Part shown: piece by piece, positions 37,267 to 50,141 of the stretch
How positions within the stretch are numbered: the stretch's first letter is position 1
How the letters are laid out: every line of letters begins with the position of its first letter
Origin: Balanoglossus misakiensis
Lineage: Eukaryota; Animalia; Hemichordata
Assembly (NCBI GenBank): GCA_040954595.2
Contig: CM082583.2
Location: 5,516,849-5,580,848, forward strand
Reading direction: 5' to 3'
Length of the DNA stretch: 64,000 bases
Translations under genes and position numbers: made by a program
The notes under the pieces: model-generated
Databases searched by the model: none
What the model saw: only the letters and a program-made list of their open reading frames with translations
Told to the model about the DNA's origin: nothing

Positions 37267-40200
37267 TCACATCCAAATATAGGTCTGAATTGACCTGGCT
37301 GGTACCTCAGCATTGATGTAGCCAACATCAGCATCAAAGAGATTTACTGCAACAGCATCATTCTCCCTGCATGCAGATAGATGGAGCAAAACAGAGATTA
37401 CATGTGTATTTCTGAAGGGCAAGATCAACCACGGGCGTCATGGAACAATAAAGTGTATGGATATTAAATTTAGCATAGGTCTAAACGAACACACAATAAA
37501 TTATTTCCTTTTTTTTATGTGAACGAGAACTACACTCACGAACGGCCTAGCTACAGCTGGACTCGCAAAATATGCGAGCGAACGCACTAGCGCCGCCGAA
37601 CGCGGAAGTGATGGAGCAATCTACAACCGCACGCGCGCACGCGCCCGACCCAGCGCGCGCGGCAGACGATCGTACGACTCCGCGCCGTTGCTAGCCAGGA
37701 CAGACGCGCTCGTATACAGTGTATGTAAGGAAGGGTATGCAATCGCTCACATGGAGTCTGGGGACGTGCGTTACCAAAAAGGGGGGACAGGGGGGACACT
37801 TTTTTCTACGGAGCAGAGTGCCATTGAAGTGTAGTCAATAATTTTCATTTTTGCTTAGAATGTGTCTTGAAAAGTGTTGGATTAATCATGAATAAAAAAC
37901 GGAAAACGTGAAAAATACAACAAATCCGTATACAAAACCATTGCGAATCTGGTGACCGGAAGTGCCGTGTTCGATCGCCGGGTTTTATATCATGTGTATG
38001 AAACTATGCGTGAGCTCAGCTCAGCTCCTCCCAGTCATGGTGGACGTTGTTCATGTGCATCACTGTTATATTTGCTATGATTTTTTTTGCATGAAAACAG
38101 TATGTCCTATGTATACCTTTCATGGCGAAATTTGCGACATCGCTCAAACGCCATTTTACGTCGGTAACGCACGTCCCCAGGACGAGTGACACTTTTCGAT
38201 CGATAATATCTCGAATGTTCGACCGACTTTTGAAACATGAATAGCCAGACATTAGGTTTCTATCTAATCTAAAACGCATACTCTGATTTGGTAGCGATTC
38301 TCTTCGTCATAGTTGACAAATGGCGGTGGGCTGAAAATTCGTTTCATACCCTGTATATATGTGTACTCACGTACACAGATCAGTTGCGGGCGCGCACGCA
38401 TGCGTAGACATCGCCTTTACTGCTCAAGACGAGATCGTACACACGGTGCCTATCCCCTATATTTTATTCTTTGTTCATTTAGGACGTCGCGTTTATGATA
38501 AGTTTATTAATATCTATACACTTTATTGTTCCATGACGCCCGTGGATCAACATGTCTTACGTTCAAGGACATCAGACGAAGTAGACCACTATAAATTACC
38601 ATATTCATCCTAGTACATCTGCTTGATTATAAGACTCCTGTGGACATTGTGAAGCGACTTACCTATTTAGTAAAATGATAACAACATGCTTTTCACTTGT
38701 CAGAAAACCAAGCACTTCAAGTTTGTTCTCCTTGTTGCTATGGAGACCAATTCTCACAGAGCCTGGCGTCACAAATTTACTGTGGTGAAGATGAAAAATG
38801 TGAAATTGCTGTGAGTTTTACTAGAATGCTACTTAAAATATTGTACAATAGTACATATGACCAATAAACCACCTCCTGGTAATGGTATACAACAAGATTT
38901 TACCAGTTCATGATATACTAGTATATGCACTCGCTACCATAGCAACGTGGTTGAGTATTTTGGTATGGATGATACGAAACACCTATATGCAAGACACACT
39001 GCCTCAAACTGTGAACAACATACCACTAGCCGTTGCAGAAGGAAAATGCAAACAACCCACTGTAAAAACACTCACCTAAAATGTCCAATGTGATAGAACA
39101 TAGGCTGCTTGTAGAAGACATCCTTCTCAGCATCCACGATGATTGGACTGTCCACAAAATTACTAACCCAGTTTGGACCACCCTGCGGGTTTAGTGCCAG
39201 GTTCCAATCGACCCATCCAGTCACCCAGTTCTGCAAATCCTGTTAGTTGACAATTCAGCAAAATTATAATTACATGAAATGATAGTGAACTTCTGGTGTA
39301 TACAACTATATTTGACTAATAGCGTAGAGTATGCTATGGTGCATTGATCAAAAGAATTTAAAACTAACAACCAGTTAATATTTTCATTATTTGCCTGACA
39401 TAAACAGGGCAAAAAACTCATCTTCTTTAAATTTCACCCTCCAACATTACACAGGAAAATGAGGTCATAAGGTCATGAACATTGACTCACGGTGATGATG
39501 TCATTACTGTAGGATTCACCACGTTCCCAACTTCCCAACAAGACCTTTGTTTGACCTGGGAAAGACCCGGCACACGCTTCTGTGGCCAGCAAGAAGTAGT
39601 CGGGAAATTTGTCGTGGGTCTTGGATAAGACGTTGGCCGGTACGACAAAGTCCAGGTACCAGTGTACTGCAACGCCGGAAATGTACTGGGCCGCATCGGG
39701 ATCGCCAAGCACCTGTAATACAATACATGGGATGATGAAATGATTTTGGTTTCTTTTTACATGTGCTGTGTGTGGTAGGCAATGGGGTTAGGAATTACTA
39801 GGGTGTGTGATGATTATAATTGGGCATTAATCTTTTGGATTATTGACTCAGGGCACACCCCATGGTCCCCCACAGTACTGTAAGTCGTTCTTCGTACAGC
39901 TTCTTTTAGTGTTTAATTTAACACATACCACTTCAGCCCAGTGGGGCAGCATCAACCGATTGTCGTCCAGAATCATCAACTTGATGTCGGCATGCCCCCT
40001 CGCCTTTAACGTCGGTCCCAAATCCAACTTGATGAAGTCGCGCTGAGACGTCTCACTGAAATACATCGACTGGAACGAAAATTTGTAGATGGCTCCATCG
40101 GTGGGTTCGTTCTGTGCTGTCAGACCCCAGAGCTGGATTCCGTGTTTGCTGTATTCTTCCAGAAACCTGTGAAATGTAAATATTTCATGCAGTAGTGAGT

Positions 40201-42774
40201 AACAATACATCATCATCTTTTAGTGCCAGTATACATGTATAGGCAATGGTAAAAAAATAGTAACAGCATGCACATGTTGTTATCAGTGTAGTATTATGAC
40301 ATTCACAGCAGTTTACCAAAACATGTGTACAGGCATTATAATATGATTATCATTAACAATTTCTGTAGCTTACATTCAATGCAGTCTCCTAATTTACAAA
40401 TACATGTTTAAGTGAAGTCCTCTTCTATTTTTCTATCCAGGGCACACTGCTTGCAACCCCCCCCCCCCCCCCCTTAAAAATGTCCACTCCTCTGATTGCC
40501 TACCTTGCGAAGTACAGAGCCCAAGCCTTGTAGTATTCACCTCCCGGTTGTCCAATCAGTGCACCTTGCCCAGTTTCATTCTTATTGGTCTTCATCCACG
40601 AAGGAGCCGACCATGGACTTCCATATAAGGCAATTGGCCTTTCACTCATGTTAATTGCTCTCTGTATCAAGGGTATCTGTGGAATACATTCGTTTTGGTC
40701 AGTTTGCATTTCTCTGTTGGCTCAACTTCAGCACAGGAAATACTTAGAACTACAACTTCAAGAGGACCACCTAACTTGACAGGCTTCTGTTCACAACAGC
40801 AGTAAAGGTCTCTAGAGTTACAAGGAGGTAGCACATTAAAGGCTGAATATGTGATCAGAAATCCCCTTGAAAACATATTTTTATAACCGGTGATTGGGCA
40901 TGACTGTTGTAGTGATGTCTATTTCCCCCGGTACACATTACTCATCCTTCCCCAACCAAAACAACACTTGGCCAATATACACGTACCTTGTACTGTAAAT
41001 CTTCTTTAGCAAGAGCAAAGTGTTCCAGTGCAAGGTCTCCAGAAACGTCGTCGTAGGAATATTCATGAGTTGAAAAATCACAGCTTCCCATGGGTATACG
41101 TCCAAATGTATACTCAATGCCTATGTTTATGAGAATTTGAGATTAATGAATGAAAAATAACGGTCATTTATAACACACATTTCATTTCATCACCCAAAGA
41201 AACAGGTGATTTTGCTTTAATATGGACAGAATTTCCAACTGTGAAAACTAGACTTATACAGTTGGTGCACGTTGTCATTAAAGGCATACATGTACAGTAA
41301 CCTATGCAAATTTTGCCTGTTACCATGGAGAGTTGAGATGTAGCTACTTGGGTGGTCACTCGTAAGAAAACTGTACCACCGCACGGTGACCAGAAGACCT
41401 AGTAGACCCATCCTGTTGACCATATACAGGATACATGTATGTGATTATTAGAGGTAATTGTACAGTGAAACCTGTCATTACGGACACCTCTCCAATCAGA
41501 ACACCTCTCTATTAACTCAATAAATTTCATGGGTACATTTGTATTGGTGCATATTTCTGATGTACAACTTCCACATACCATCTTTAGCAAAGTAAGATTG
41601 CAGCAGTTGGTCTTGGACACCTTTCGAGACATTGAGGATATTGATACCGGCAGCATCAGTGAAAGCTCCTCCGAAGCCCAGGATCTTCTGGTAAGTTTGA
41701 TTTTTGTTGACTGTAAATGTAACGCTGTCTGCATCTGGAACAAGCAAAATTGATGAGGATATGAATGGTCAAAGTGAAGTGACATTTCTCAATTTCTGAT
41801 CATAATAAAACTATATAAATATTGTATGTACCATAAAATAATACAGAGGAACATCAGGCCAACAAAATAATTGTGTAGTTCTAATAACCTGACAGTGACT
41901 TACCATGAATAAATAAGGAAGCACACATCTACACATCACAGCAACACAATTGCCAAAAATGCCTATTTAAAATACTGTAAATCATATTTGTATACCCATA
42001 TATATATGCATATCTGTATGTGTACTCAAATATAACACACTTTGCATTTACTTATGTGCCAGACAGTTTGATCTGTGTGTTTTCATTTTAATTTCATACT
42101 CACTTGTTATGTTTGGTTTACTGTCGACCTTGTACACTCTCTGTGTTAACCTGTCCCCAGTTTGTGTACTTGTGTACACAGTGTAATAACCTTTGGTCAG
42201 TTGAGTGGCTTGCACTTTGTCACAAGCAGAGGCGGAACACACACAAACAAATGAACTGCCCCCGAAATCCTGCTTTTGACATTCCGCCCGGGCTTCAACC
42301 CCACCTGTAACACAGATACAGTCATTACACTTCTATTTAGGTAACGTGCACTCTGAAAGTTCTGGAAGTACAATGGTAACAGGCTTTATCTAAATATATT
42401 GTTTATTTAGTGTGGCTATAACATCAAACATCATATCAGGCAAATCAACCAATCAATACTATTTGAAGAATCTTAGCACCCTCCCTCATACACACCAATC
42501 CAAAGGCGTCGTAATCATACTGATCACAGTCAATTATGATTCTGATCGCGATGGCTATGCATACAGGGGGCGGGGCAGAGTTCAGCAAGTGGTTTGCCAA
42601 TCGTGTATTATTCCTCTTGAAATAAATAATCGAGTTGAATTATTGCAAATTATTCGTGAATACTATAATATGTTAAGTAAGTTTCTTACCATAAGACAGA
42701 GTTTGAGCCAACAAAACGTACGAAAACGTCAGAAACACGCGTACGCTACACATTGTTGATGTTGTCGCCACCAT
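37267..42774 (-). CDS. GBA1: Lysosomal acid glucosylceramidase (GH30)
   Basis: Ten exons: 42774-42690, 42304-42104, 41734-41579, 41120-40987, 40676-40504, 40166-39929, 39712-39491, 39239-39076, 38779-38663, 37366-37267. Signal peptide; [11 protein letters not shown]; [10 protein letters not shown]; [12 protein letters not shown]; catalytic TAQNEP and LATEAC; [28 protein letters not shown]; SIQTYIW. Confidence 0.97.
37430..38544. mobile_element. Non-autonomous P-element-like transposon (1,115 bp, 7-bp TSD) in the last GBA1 intron
   Basis: TIR CACGGGCGTCATGGAACAATAAAGTGTAT(G/A)GATATTAA (38 bp, 1 mismatch); GATCAAC at both 37423-37429 and 38545-38551; CANRG terminus; CpG-rich interior with no transposase ORF. 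Confidence 0.9.
41461..41515. mobile_element. Fragment of a Tc1/pogo-type MITE end
   Basis: TA-CAGTGAAACCTGTC followed by repeated ACACCTCTC; only one end is visible. Confidence 0.4.
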
Positions 42775-43186
42775 ATTTGCGGTCAAAGGTTAAATCGGGT
42801 GAAGAATGCAAGAGTGTATATGATTGGGTAAAATTGTACCACTATTTTCGTGGTTATCGCTTACTTTTCGGCATGGAAGAAGACGAGGCTATCGTAGATT
42901 TACAGTAAAGAAATATAAAACAAACAAATCATTTCTGTATTTCTTGAAATCGTGTTTATTCCATTGTAAGCTACATCTTGGATTAACGACTGACCAATGA
43001 GAGACGAGGTAACATTCAACTCTCTCTTTTGTTTTCGCGGTAGAAATCAAATCGAGAAATTTGCATGCAAGAGGAGGTGGACGCTGCTGACGGGGCATAT
43101 CCGTTGCAGCAATGTTGTTGTAAACTCGGGACGCGGTGGTCCCGTCTTGTAGGTTCCTTGAACATTTATAGCTCAAAACCAAAAGT

Positions 43187-46100
43187 ATGACAAAAGCAAG
43201 ATTTGCTCTCGCAAGAGAGCTCTGCAAAGCTATTCAACGAGACGATCTGAGGTAAGCATTGATGGTTTTCCGCAGTTTGAAATGTACACACGCGAAGAAG
43301 TAGCCAATTTTGATCGCTGTTCTCTTCTCACAAACATTCAATTCATGTAAAGCGTAGACGTGACTGAGAGGTGTCTGATACTCCGTACTTCGTCCGCGCT
43401 GTTAAAAAAACCAATGACTTCTCGTGACTTGGGACGTTTTCTCACTGTTCATGTTGTTGCATTTTATTTTCCCAGTCTGACAGAGTTGTTGCTGTCACAA
43501 GGTGCCAACCCAAACACTCCGCTTCCAGATGGCGTCAGTCCTTTCCACATTGCAGTCGGAGCAGAAAATATCGGCTATGTCAAGTTAATGCTGCAGTTTG
43601 ATGGAAATCCAAATGTTAGGTAATACTTTTACAAGCAAGGGAATTGTCAGACTGGAGCAGGGTGATGTAGGAAACTGCATGGTCATAATGCCACCCAAGT
43701 GAACTCAAAATGAAACCCTGAAAATATGCTGATGAGATTTTGTCATCTCTCTGCATTGCTGCATGTTAAAAGCCTTGCCATTCTCATCAAGTATGCATGG
43801 AGCTAGAGAAACAAAATGTTTTGTTTTGCATTTCATTATACAATATGTACATGAAATGGGAAAGTTGTTGTCAAGATCACAAAAGGCAGAATTTAAGTTT
43901 TAATTTGTTGATACTGAATCAGCAGTGTGCAGAGACTGTTTGTTCAGAAAAGTAATATGATTAATTTTGATGTGCCCAATGGTATTGACCCCAGGTCCTC
44001 AGAAGGCTTAACTCCCCTTCACGTGGCTGCAATGTGGGGCAAGTATGAGGAACTGTTGCTCCTTATCTGCAACGGCGGTGACCCGTTCATCTACGAGGAA
44101 GATGGCAAGAATGTGTACGATTTGGCGGAAGAGTACGGAGACGCCAGGTGCATAGAATTGCTGAAGGATTACAGAGAGTGGGATACAGACATGCAGGAAG
44201 ATGCAGCTCCCAAGTATTCCTTACTGCCAGGTAATTTGCAGTTGTCATGTGACTCCCATCATCACACGAGAGGACCTGTGGTACTCATTATTAAGGCAGA
44301 CTAGTATTAGCTGTAACTTTTGGCTGATTTTTATTCAATATGAATTTTTAGTCTCTTGATCATTTCCTATCAAGTATCATCCAATGATAAATATTCAGAT
44401 TAACCAACACTGTCCATTGTGCAGACAATCAGCAAGAGTGGCAAGCATTAGGTTTTGATGAGTTAACATAGTACACTATATATTGAACAATGACAGCTCC
44501 TCTACTAAGCACAGTTGTCTTAATTTCTTGCTCAGAAATGTACCATTACTGAGAGTGTGCTGGACACTTGTAGTTGTAATGTTGAAGTGGTTTATTTGAT
44601 CAAAACATGATACATGTATGGAATCTTTCTTCATTACAGTTTCAAGCTGCAGTTCCCAAGATAGTCTGTTGAAATGCCAAACCTGGGATCTTTCTGCTCC
44701 ACCAAATACCGTTTCATCCACTGGCAGCAGTCCAGCTGTAGGGTACAGCTGTTCACCGACCAGTGATAGGCCCCAGTCCTCCCTGTCTCACGACTCATCC
44801 ACCGATCTGAGATGCCCCTCTTCTCACTCGGCCCAGACAAGCCCTGCGGACTCCAGAACCTACCCAAGTGACCTCAGCAGCTGTTCAGGTATCGACGAGG
44901 AAATTGCCTTCAACTTTGCACGATCTGTCAGTCTGCTGTCCTGTTCATTTACAAATGGCGACAAGAGAGTCTCCAGTGGAACAGCTGGCAGTGACCTTGA
45001 AGGAAATGAACTCGACCTTGGCATGTGCAACAGCCAACAGAGTGACGACAACCTGTCGGATGTATCCACGGCTACCTATGTCATCAGCAGGGGTAGTCCG
45101 AGGTCGGGCTTGCCCAGAGTGAGTGACATTGGCAGTGACTGGCCAGTTCTGGGTCAAGACAGTCCGAAGAGCAATGGAGGCATCCAATGTCTAAAAACCG
45201 ATAGTGACCATAGGTATAGTGTTACTGCTGGTGATATGTATGAACTAATACATGGAGATGTAGATGACTTTGTAAGATGGGGTTATGAGACGAACAAGGA
45301 GGAATACACAGAAGATGAGAAAGGTCAGAATTACACTGAAAACGAGAAAAATCTTGAAGAAGACATGTCACATAATCACCTAACCAACTCTGCTGAGTCT
45401 AGCAATAATGATAACGGTCAGATAGACGAAGAGTTGAAAAATGACACGGACATCTCAGAACCCATTCTCCCCGGTTCACCTGACCAGGAAGAAACTCTGA
45501 ACTCATCCATTTCAACCGTAGCCAGCACACTGTACGATGATCACTCGCAGGGTTTGGACGTCACCTCACCGGACCACCCCCTCCTCTACGTGAAGTCATC
45601 GACAAGCTCCAGTGAAGATGACGACAGCCGCTTCGATAGGACGGTGCTCTTCTGCGGTTCTATCTTGGAGGAAGACGAAGAAGCATTTGAGGATGATAGC
45701 GACGACGACGAGGTTGTCATGGGAGAAGAGGAGGAGAAAGGCGAGAACGGAACTGTGCCTTTCTCTTCTCCGGAATCGGCTTGCGTGGATAGCACAACGG
45801 AAGAGTTCTACTCAGCCGAGGAACACCTCAGCAGAGACGAGAGGAGTTCACCGCATGGTGGAGTACTAACAGATGAGTCTGCATCCTGTGGCAGCAGGCA
45901 CTGCCCTGATACTCTGATCCTTGGTGACGACTGTGAGCAACAAAGCTGTGCAATCCAGCACACTCAGCAAACATGTCCAGATACGGTAATACTCAACGAA
46001 AGCCAAGCGCAAAGTGAACGAGATAACATGCAGCAGTGTCCAGATACGGTAATTCTGGATGACACTCAGTCACGCAGCGTAAAGGCTACACAAACATGTC

Positions 46101-48752
46101 CTGACACTCTGATACTTGATGGAAGCCAATCACCGGGTCACCACAATGAAAGCAGCTCACTGAGAATCTCTCCTTCCAGAGGACAATCGTGTCCCGACAC
46201 AGTTATTTTAGACGAGAGTGCTGAAGAACAGTTCGAAGACTTGCGGAGACACCAGATAAAAAGCAGAGATTCCAACAGTCTGCCCGATACACTGATACTG
46301 AACAGCAGTCAGGAATCCCCGGGCTTGTGCAATAAGAGCAGTCAAAGGAACAGGCTCCGGAGCAGTCGGAAAACTAGGAACCGCTTTGCAGGTGTACGCG
46401 ATGCGTCTGATCTGCTCTCGTCAGATGACACGAGCAACGAGTCGTCTTTCGACGACAGGAGAGACAGGTATTCCATTCGCTCAGCTGGAGGAACGCAGAC
46501 TGACTGCAGCAGTGAGAAGCCATCATCACTTGAGAGCGTCGATCAGACTATTGAATACATTTACACCGACGCTGATGTCGGCGCCGCTCTCATCGAGAGG
46601 CGGTGTCCGTCGTCCTGCAACAGTAGTCAGGCGGGGACCCAGAGCGTCAATTCCTCCCTGGAAAGCAGCAGCGACGAGACCATCATTTACGACTGGCAAC
46701 AGTACCAGACAGACACTGACAGTGACTCGCCGGCCATGGAGTTGCCCCCGGAGGTGAGCAGTCTCTCCGACAAAGATGTCAGAGCAGAGCTGAACAGCTT
46801 GGGCGAGTCACCAGGGCCGGTCACCTCCACCACTCGGGGCCTGTATCTGGAATTGCTGGCCAAGCTGAAGAAGGAGCCGAAGAAAGCTAACGTGACCGGT
46901 GACTCTAACAACCCTACTTCAGGTGAGTACATTTAGCAGACTGATATGAAAGCCAAAAACATTGGAATATTGACAGTGCATGTGCAACATCTTTCTCTAG
47001 GGTATATGGCAACATGTAGTACAGTATATTAATTGTGATCAATTCAGGAGGTAACATGGCACCATACATTATTTGAAGCTCCAGATTCCCTGAACATGAT
47101 TGTTGGGTCACTTCTTGATAGCCATATACATCTTATACCGATGTCCTGCACCTGTAGGTTTTGTGTTGGAACTGCACCAGTGCCTCTGTCAAAAACAACT
47201 CATTCCTGACATGCAAGAGGATGAAGGAAAGATCACTGCGCAGTTCGATCAACCTGACCCCCAGAGGAAGTGGCGCGAGGGCACGCTGAAGTCCTCCTTC
47301 AATTACCTGCTCTTGGATCCGCGAGTGACGAGGAATCTGCCGGTCCGATACCACCATGGCTTGAGCGAAATGGACGCGTTCAGTATGTTTGTGTCGGCCA
47401 TTTTCTACGTTGGCAAGGGCAAAAGGGCCAGGCCCTATGCTCACTTCTACGAAGCTCTGGAGCAGATTAGTAACCCGAGGTTAAGGGTGAGTAGCATGAA
47501 CTTCTAGATTTTACTTCATGTCCCTGATTTGATTTTGTTTCCTGTTTTTGACCAAAAATTGCATGTAGAGTTAGTCTAGAATCTATCCGTTCGTAGTCGC
47601 ATTCACCCTACTACCGTCTAGGAACGCCTAACCAAAATCTAGTAAGGCCATAAAAATGGTAATTTGAATGTGAATAGTCTCCAACTGAGCAGTCTGACGT
47701 CAGAGAAGTCAATCACTTACGTTGACCGACTACTGATTGGCTGTTGAGGTGATGACGTTGAATGTTAATTATGTTTACAATGTAGCTCCGCCCCGAATGA
47801 TACATAATCATGATCACGTGGTGACGCTTGACGTCAGATTGCTCAGTTGGAGACTATTCACATTCAAATTACCATTTTTATGGCCTTACTAGATTTTGGT
47901 TAGGCGTTCCTAGACGGTAGTAGGGTGAATGCGACTACGAACGGATAGATTCTAGACTAATGTAGAGTGAATGCTGCTCGAAAGATGACACATGGAATTT
48001 GCTGGACTTCATATATGAGATGAAATGGTTAAAAATCATGTTTTTCATGTAATACACTCAGTAATTAAACTGATATAAAAAATTAAAATCTAAACTCAAG
48101 AATGAGAGCCATAGTTTCTGATTTTACTTTGCGTTTATAGACAAAACACTTGAGATGCCTTTTTTCACTCTCGTCACCAGCCAAGTAAAAAAGTACAACA
48201 CATCCTGGACGTCTGGCAGTTAGGTCTGGGAGTGGTTTCCCTGCACTGTTTCCAAAGTGTCATCCCAGTAGAAGCTTATACCAGAGAAGCCTGTATGGTA
48301 GAAGCATTAGGTCAGTGAAAGAAATTGAGTTTAGTATACACATCCATGTGGAACATGTCAGTCTGTGAACTATCGAAGAAGATTTTGGTTTGTTTCGGAA
48401 AGTGAAATGATAGCCAAGGTATTTCCTTTTCGTCTGACAGTTATTGCTTCCATCAGTTGGAAAATTGAGATTTTTGAGCTTGGTGCATGATGGATAAGGA
48501 AAGTTGACTCGAAATCGTGACAAATAGCTGTACGACGTTGCCTTGACTACAGGTATTACTATTGGACTGTTCTTCACAGGTTTATCCCGCCTCACCAATG
48601 CAAAGAAGGGTGACTATTATGGGATAGCAGCCACCTGGCCAGCATCGAAGAAGAGAAAGATGGGTATCCACCTGCTGAGCAAAGCCTTCAAGATATTCCT
48701 TATTGAAGGAGAACGTCAGATCAGACCAGCTGACGTCAGGGTGGGACAGTAG
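43187..48752 (+). CDS. ANKLE1: Ankyrin repeat, LEM and GIY-YIG domain nuclease (ANKLE1/LEM-3)
   Basis: Exons 43187-43251, 43476-43619, 43995-44230, 44640-46922, 47158-47486, 48181-48310, 48580-48752. Ankyrin repeats (GVSPFHIAVG, GLTPLHVAAMWG); LEM LSDKDVRAELNSLGESPGPVTSTTRGLYLELL; nuclease WREGTLKSSFNYLLLDPR..IFYVGKGKRARPYAH..EAYTREACMVEALG..GDYYG. Confidence 0.96.
47572..47959. mobile_element. Young fold-back MITE (388 bp; 131-bp TIRs; 9-bp TSD), AcademH- or Mutator-like
   Basis: 47572-47702 vs 47829-47959 are inverted repeats with one mismatch; ATGTAGAGT at 47563-47571 and 47960-47968; TAG...CTA termini. Confidence 0.93.
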
Positions 48753-48962
48753 CATGATGCACTTTCTATCAGTAATAATCGCTCGAAGAAACAATGAATT
48801 ATGGCCCATGTGACCCAAACGTTGCCAGAACAGTTTTGTTCTTTGAGAACACAATTCAGTCATGTTACTGGATATTTCCTTTCTGTAAAACATGTGACAT
48901 GACTGCCAAGTATTTGAATGCAAAAACCAATGGACTTGCATAGTATCTTGCATGCCAATCAG

Positions 48963-48980
48963 CCACCAGATGGCGCTGTT
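48963..48980 (+). promoter_or_regulatory. CTCF-type motif in the ANKLE1 3' region, upstream of RPRD2
   Basis: CCACCAGATGGCGCTGTT matches the CTCF consensus. Confidence 0.65.
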
Positions 48981-50141
48981 TCATATCATTCCAAAGGGGT
49001 AAATCTCTTTTGCTCAGTGACTACCCGTAGTCATGTAATGTAATGTAAATATGTATATCCAAAATCTTTTATTTTAAGATTCTAACAATTGTTGCTGATC
49101 ACAGTGATGATCATTGTTTTATCACATTTATGTTGCTTCCAAACTGATGTACAGAATAAAATTTAGCATTGTGAAACAACTGTCTTTCTTTCTGTATATT
49201 CTGGAGTACCTTTCACTGTACACGACTGGGCTCAAATCAGATTAAGAATTAACCATATGATTTTTTCTCGATACCTATGATACTGAAATAAGAGAAGTTT
49301 AATAAGTCTTCCCAAAGGATTACATTAAGAATTGCTGGAAACACCTATAAATTCATATTCATTCATTATGTGGTTGCCACATCATGCACAATTAAACAAC
49401 GACGAGGCTCAAACTTTTATCACCCAATTGTGGGGTGAATAAGGAATGGCCCCCGCCGCAATTATATTTCGCTTGCATGCCCATAAAGTTCTCCATTTCC
49501 TCCACTCCACGCCAATATCAAATGGATAACCCCTATTTTTCGCTGACCTATTTAGCTCTTTCACTAATTACAAGCCAATAGCACCCAATTCTACTTTTTC
49601 ACTTTACACTTTTATCCATGAAAAGTGCATTCCTTACTTCTGAAAGTTCTGTAGATTTATATATTCCTGACAGTTCTGCGAGTATCGTCAATCATGATCA
49701 TGATCTCTTGCTGTTTAGTCGTTTTGATTTATAAACTTATTGCAAATTCGTTTGTTTACATAATGTCTACCGTTTTGTTATATTGCAGTTTTGTTAATAA
49801 CCCTGAACCGCACGTTTATTGTCAAATCCTCGCCCACGGGGTCATGAGCCAAGCAATGTGAGCCCTCTCACGACGACCCACATTTATGCTGTAATACCTT
49901 TGAGCATGCGTGTTATGAATTGAACAAGATGGCGGAGGCGAATCTCGTGCCCAGTTCTTCGTGGCTACACCGTTGAAGATTTTTAACATAACGACCCCTG
50001 AATGAAAATCGCACCGAAGTTAAAAATACCGATAGTAACATTTTGACATTGTTGCATTTGTTTCTGCGCAATTTGCGCCTCAAAATAACCCGTAACCCAC
50101 GCGCACTTGGGCCTGGTCACCAGTGAGGGGGCTTTTCCAAG

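Noticed and set aside
37587-38613. ORFs inside the P-like element as a transposase
   Set aside because: All are under 90 aa with no THAP or DDE motifs.
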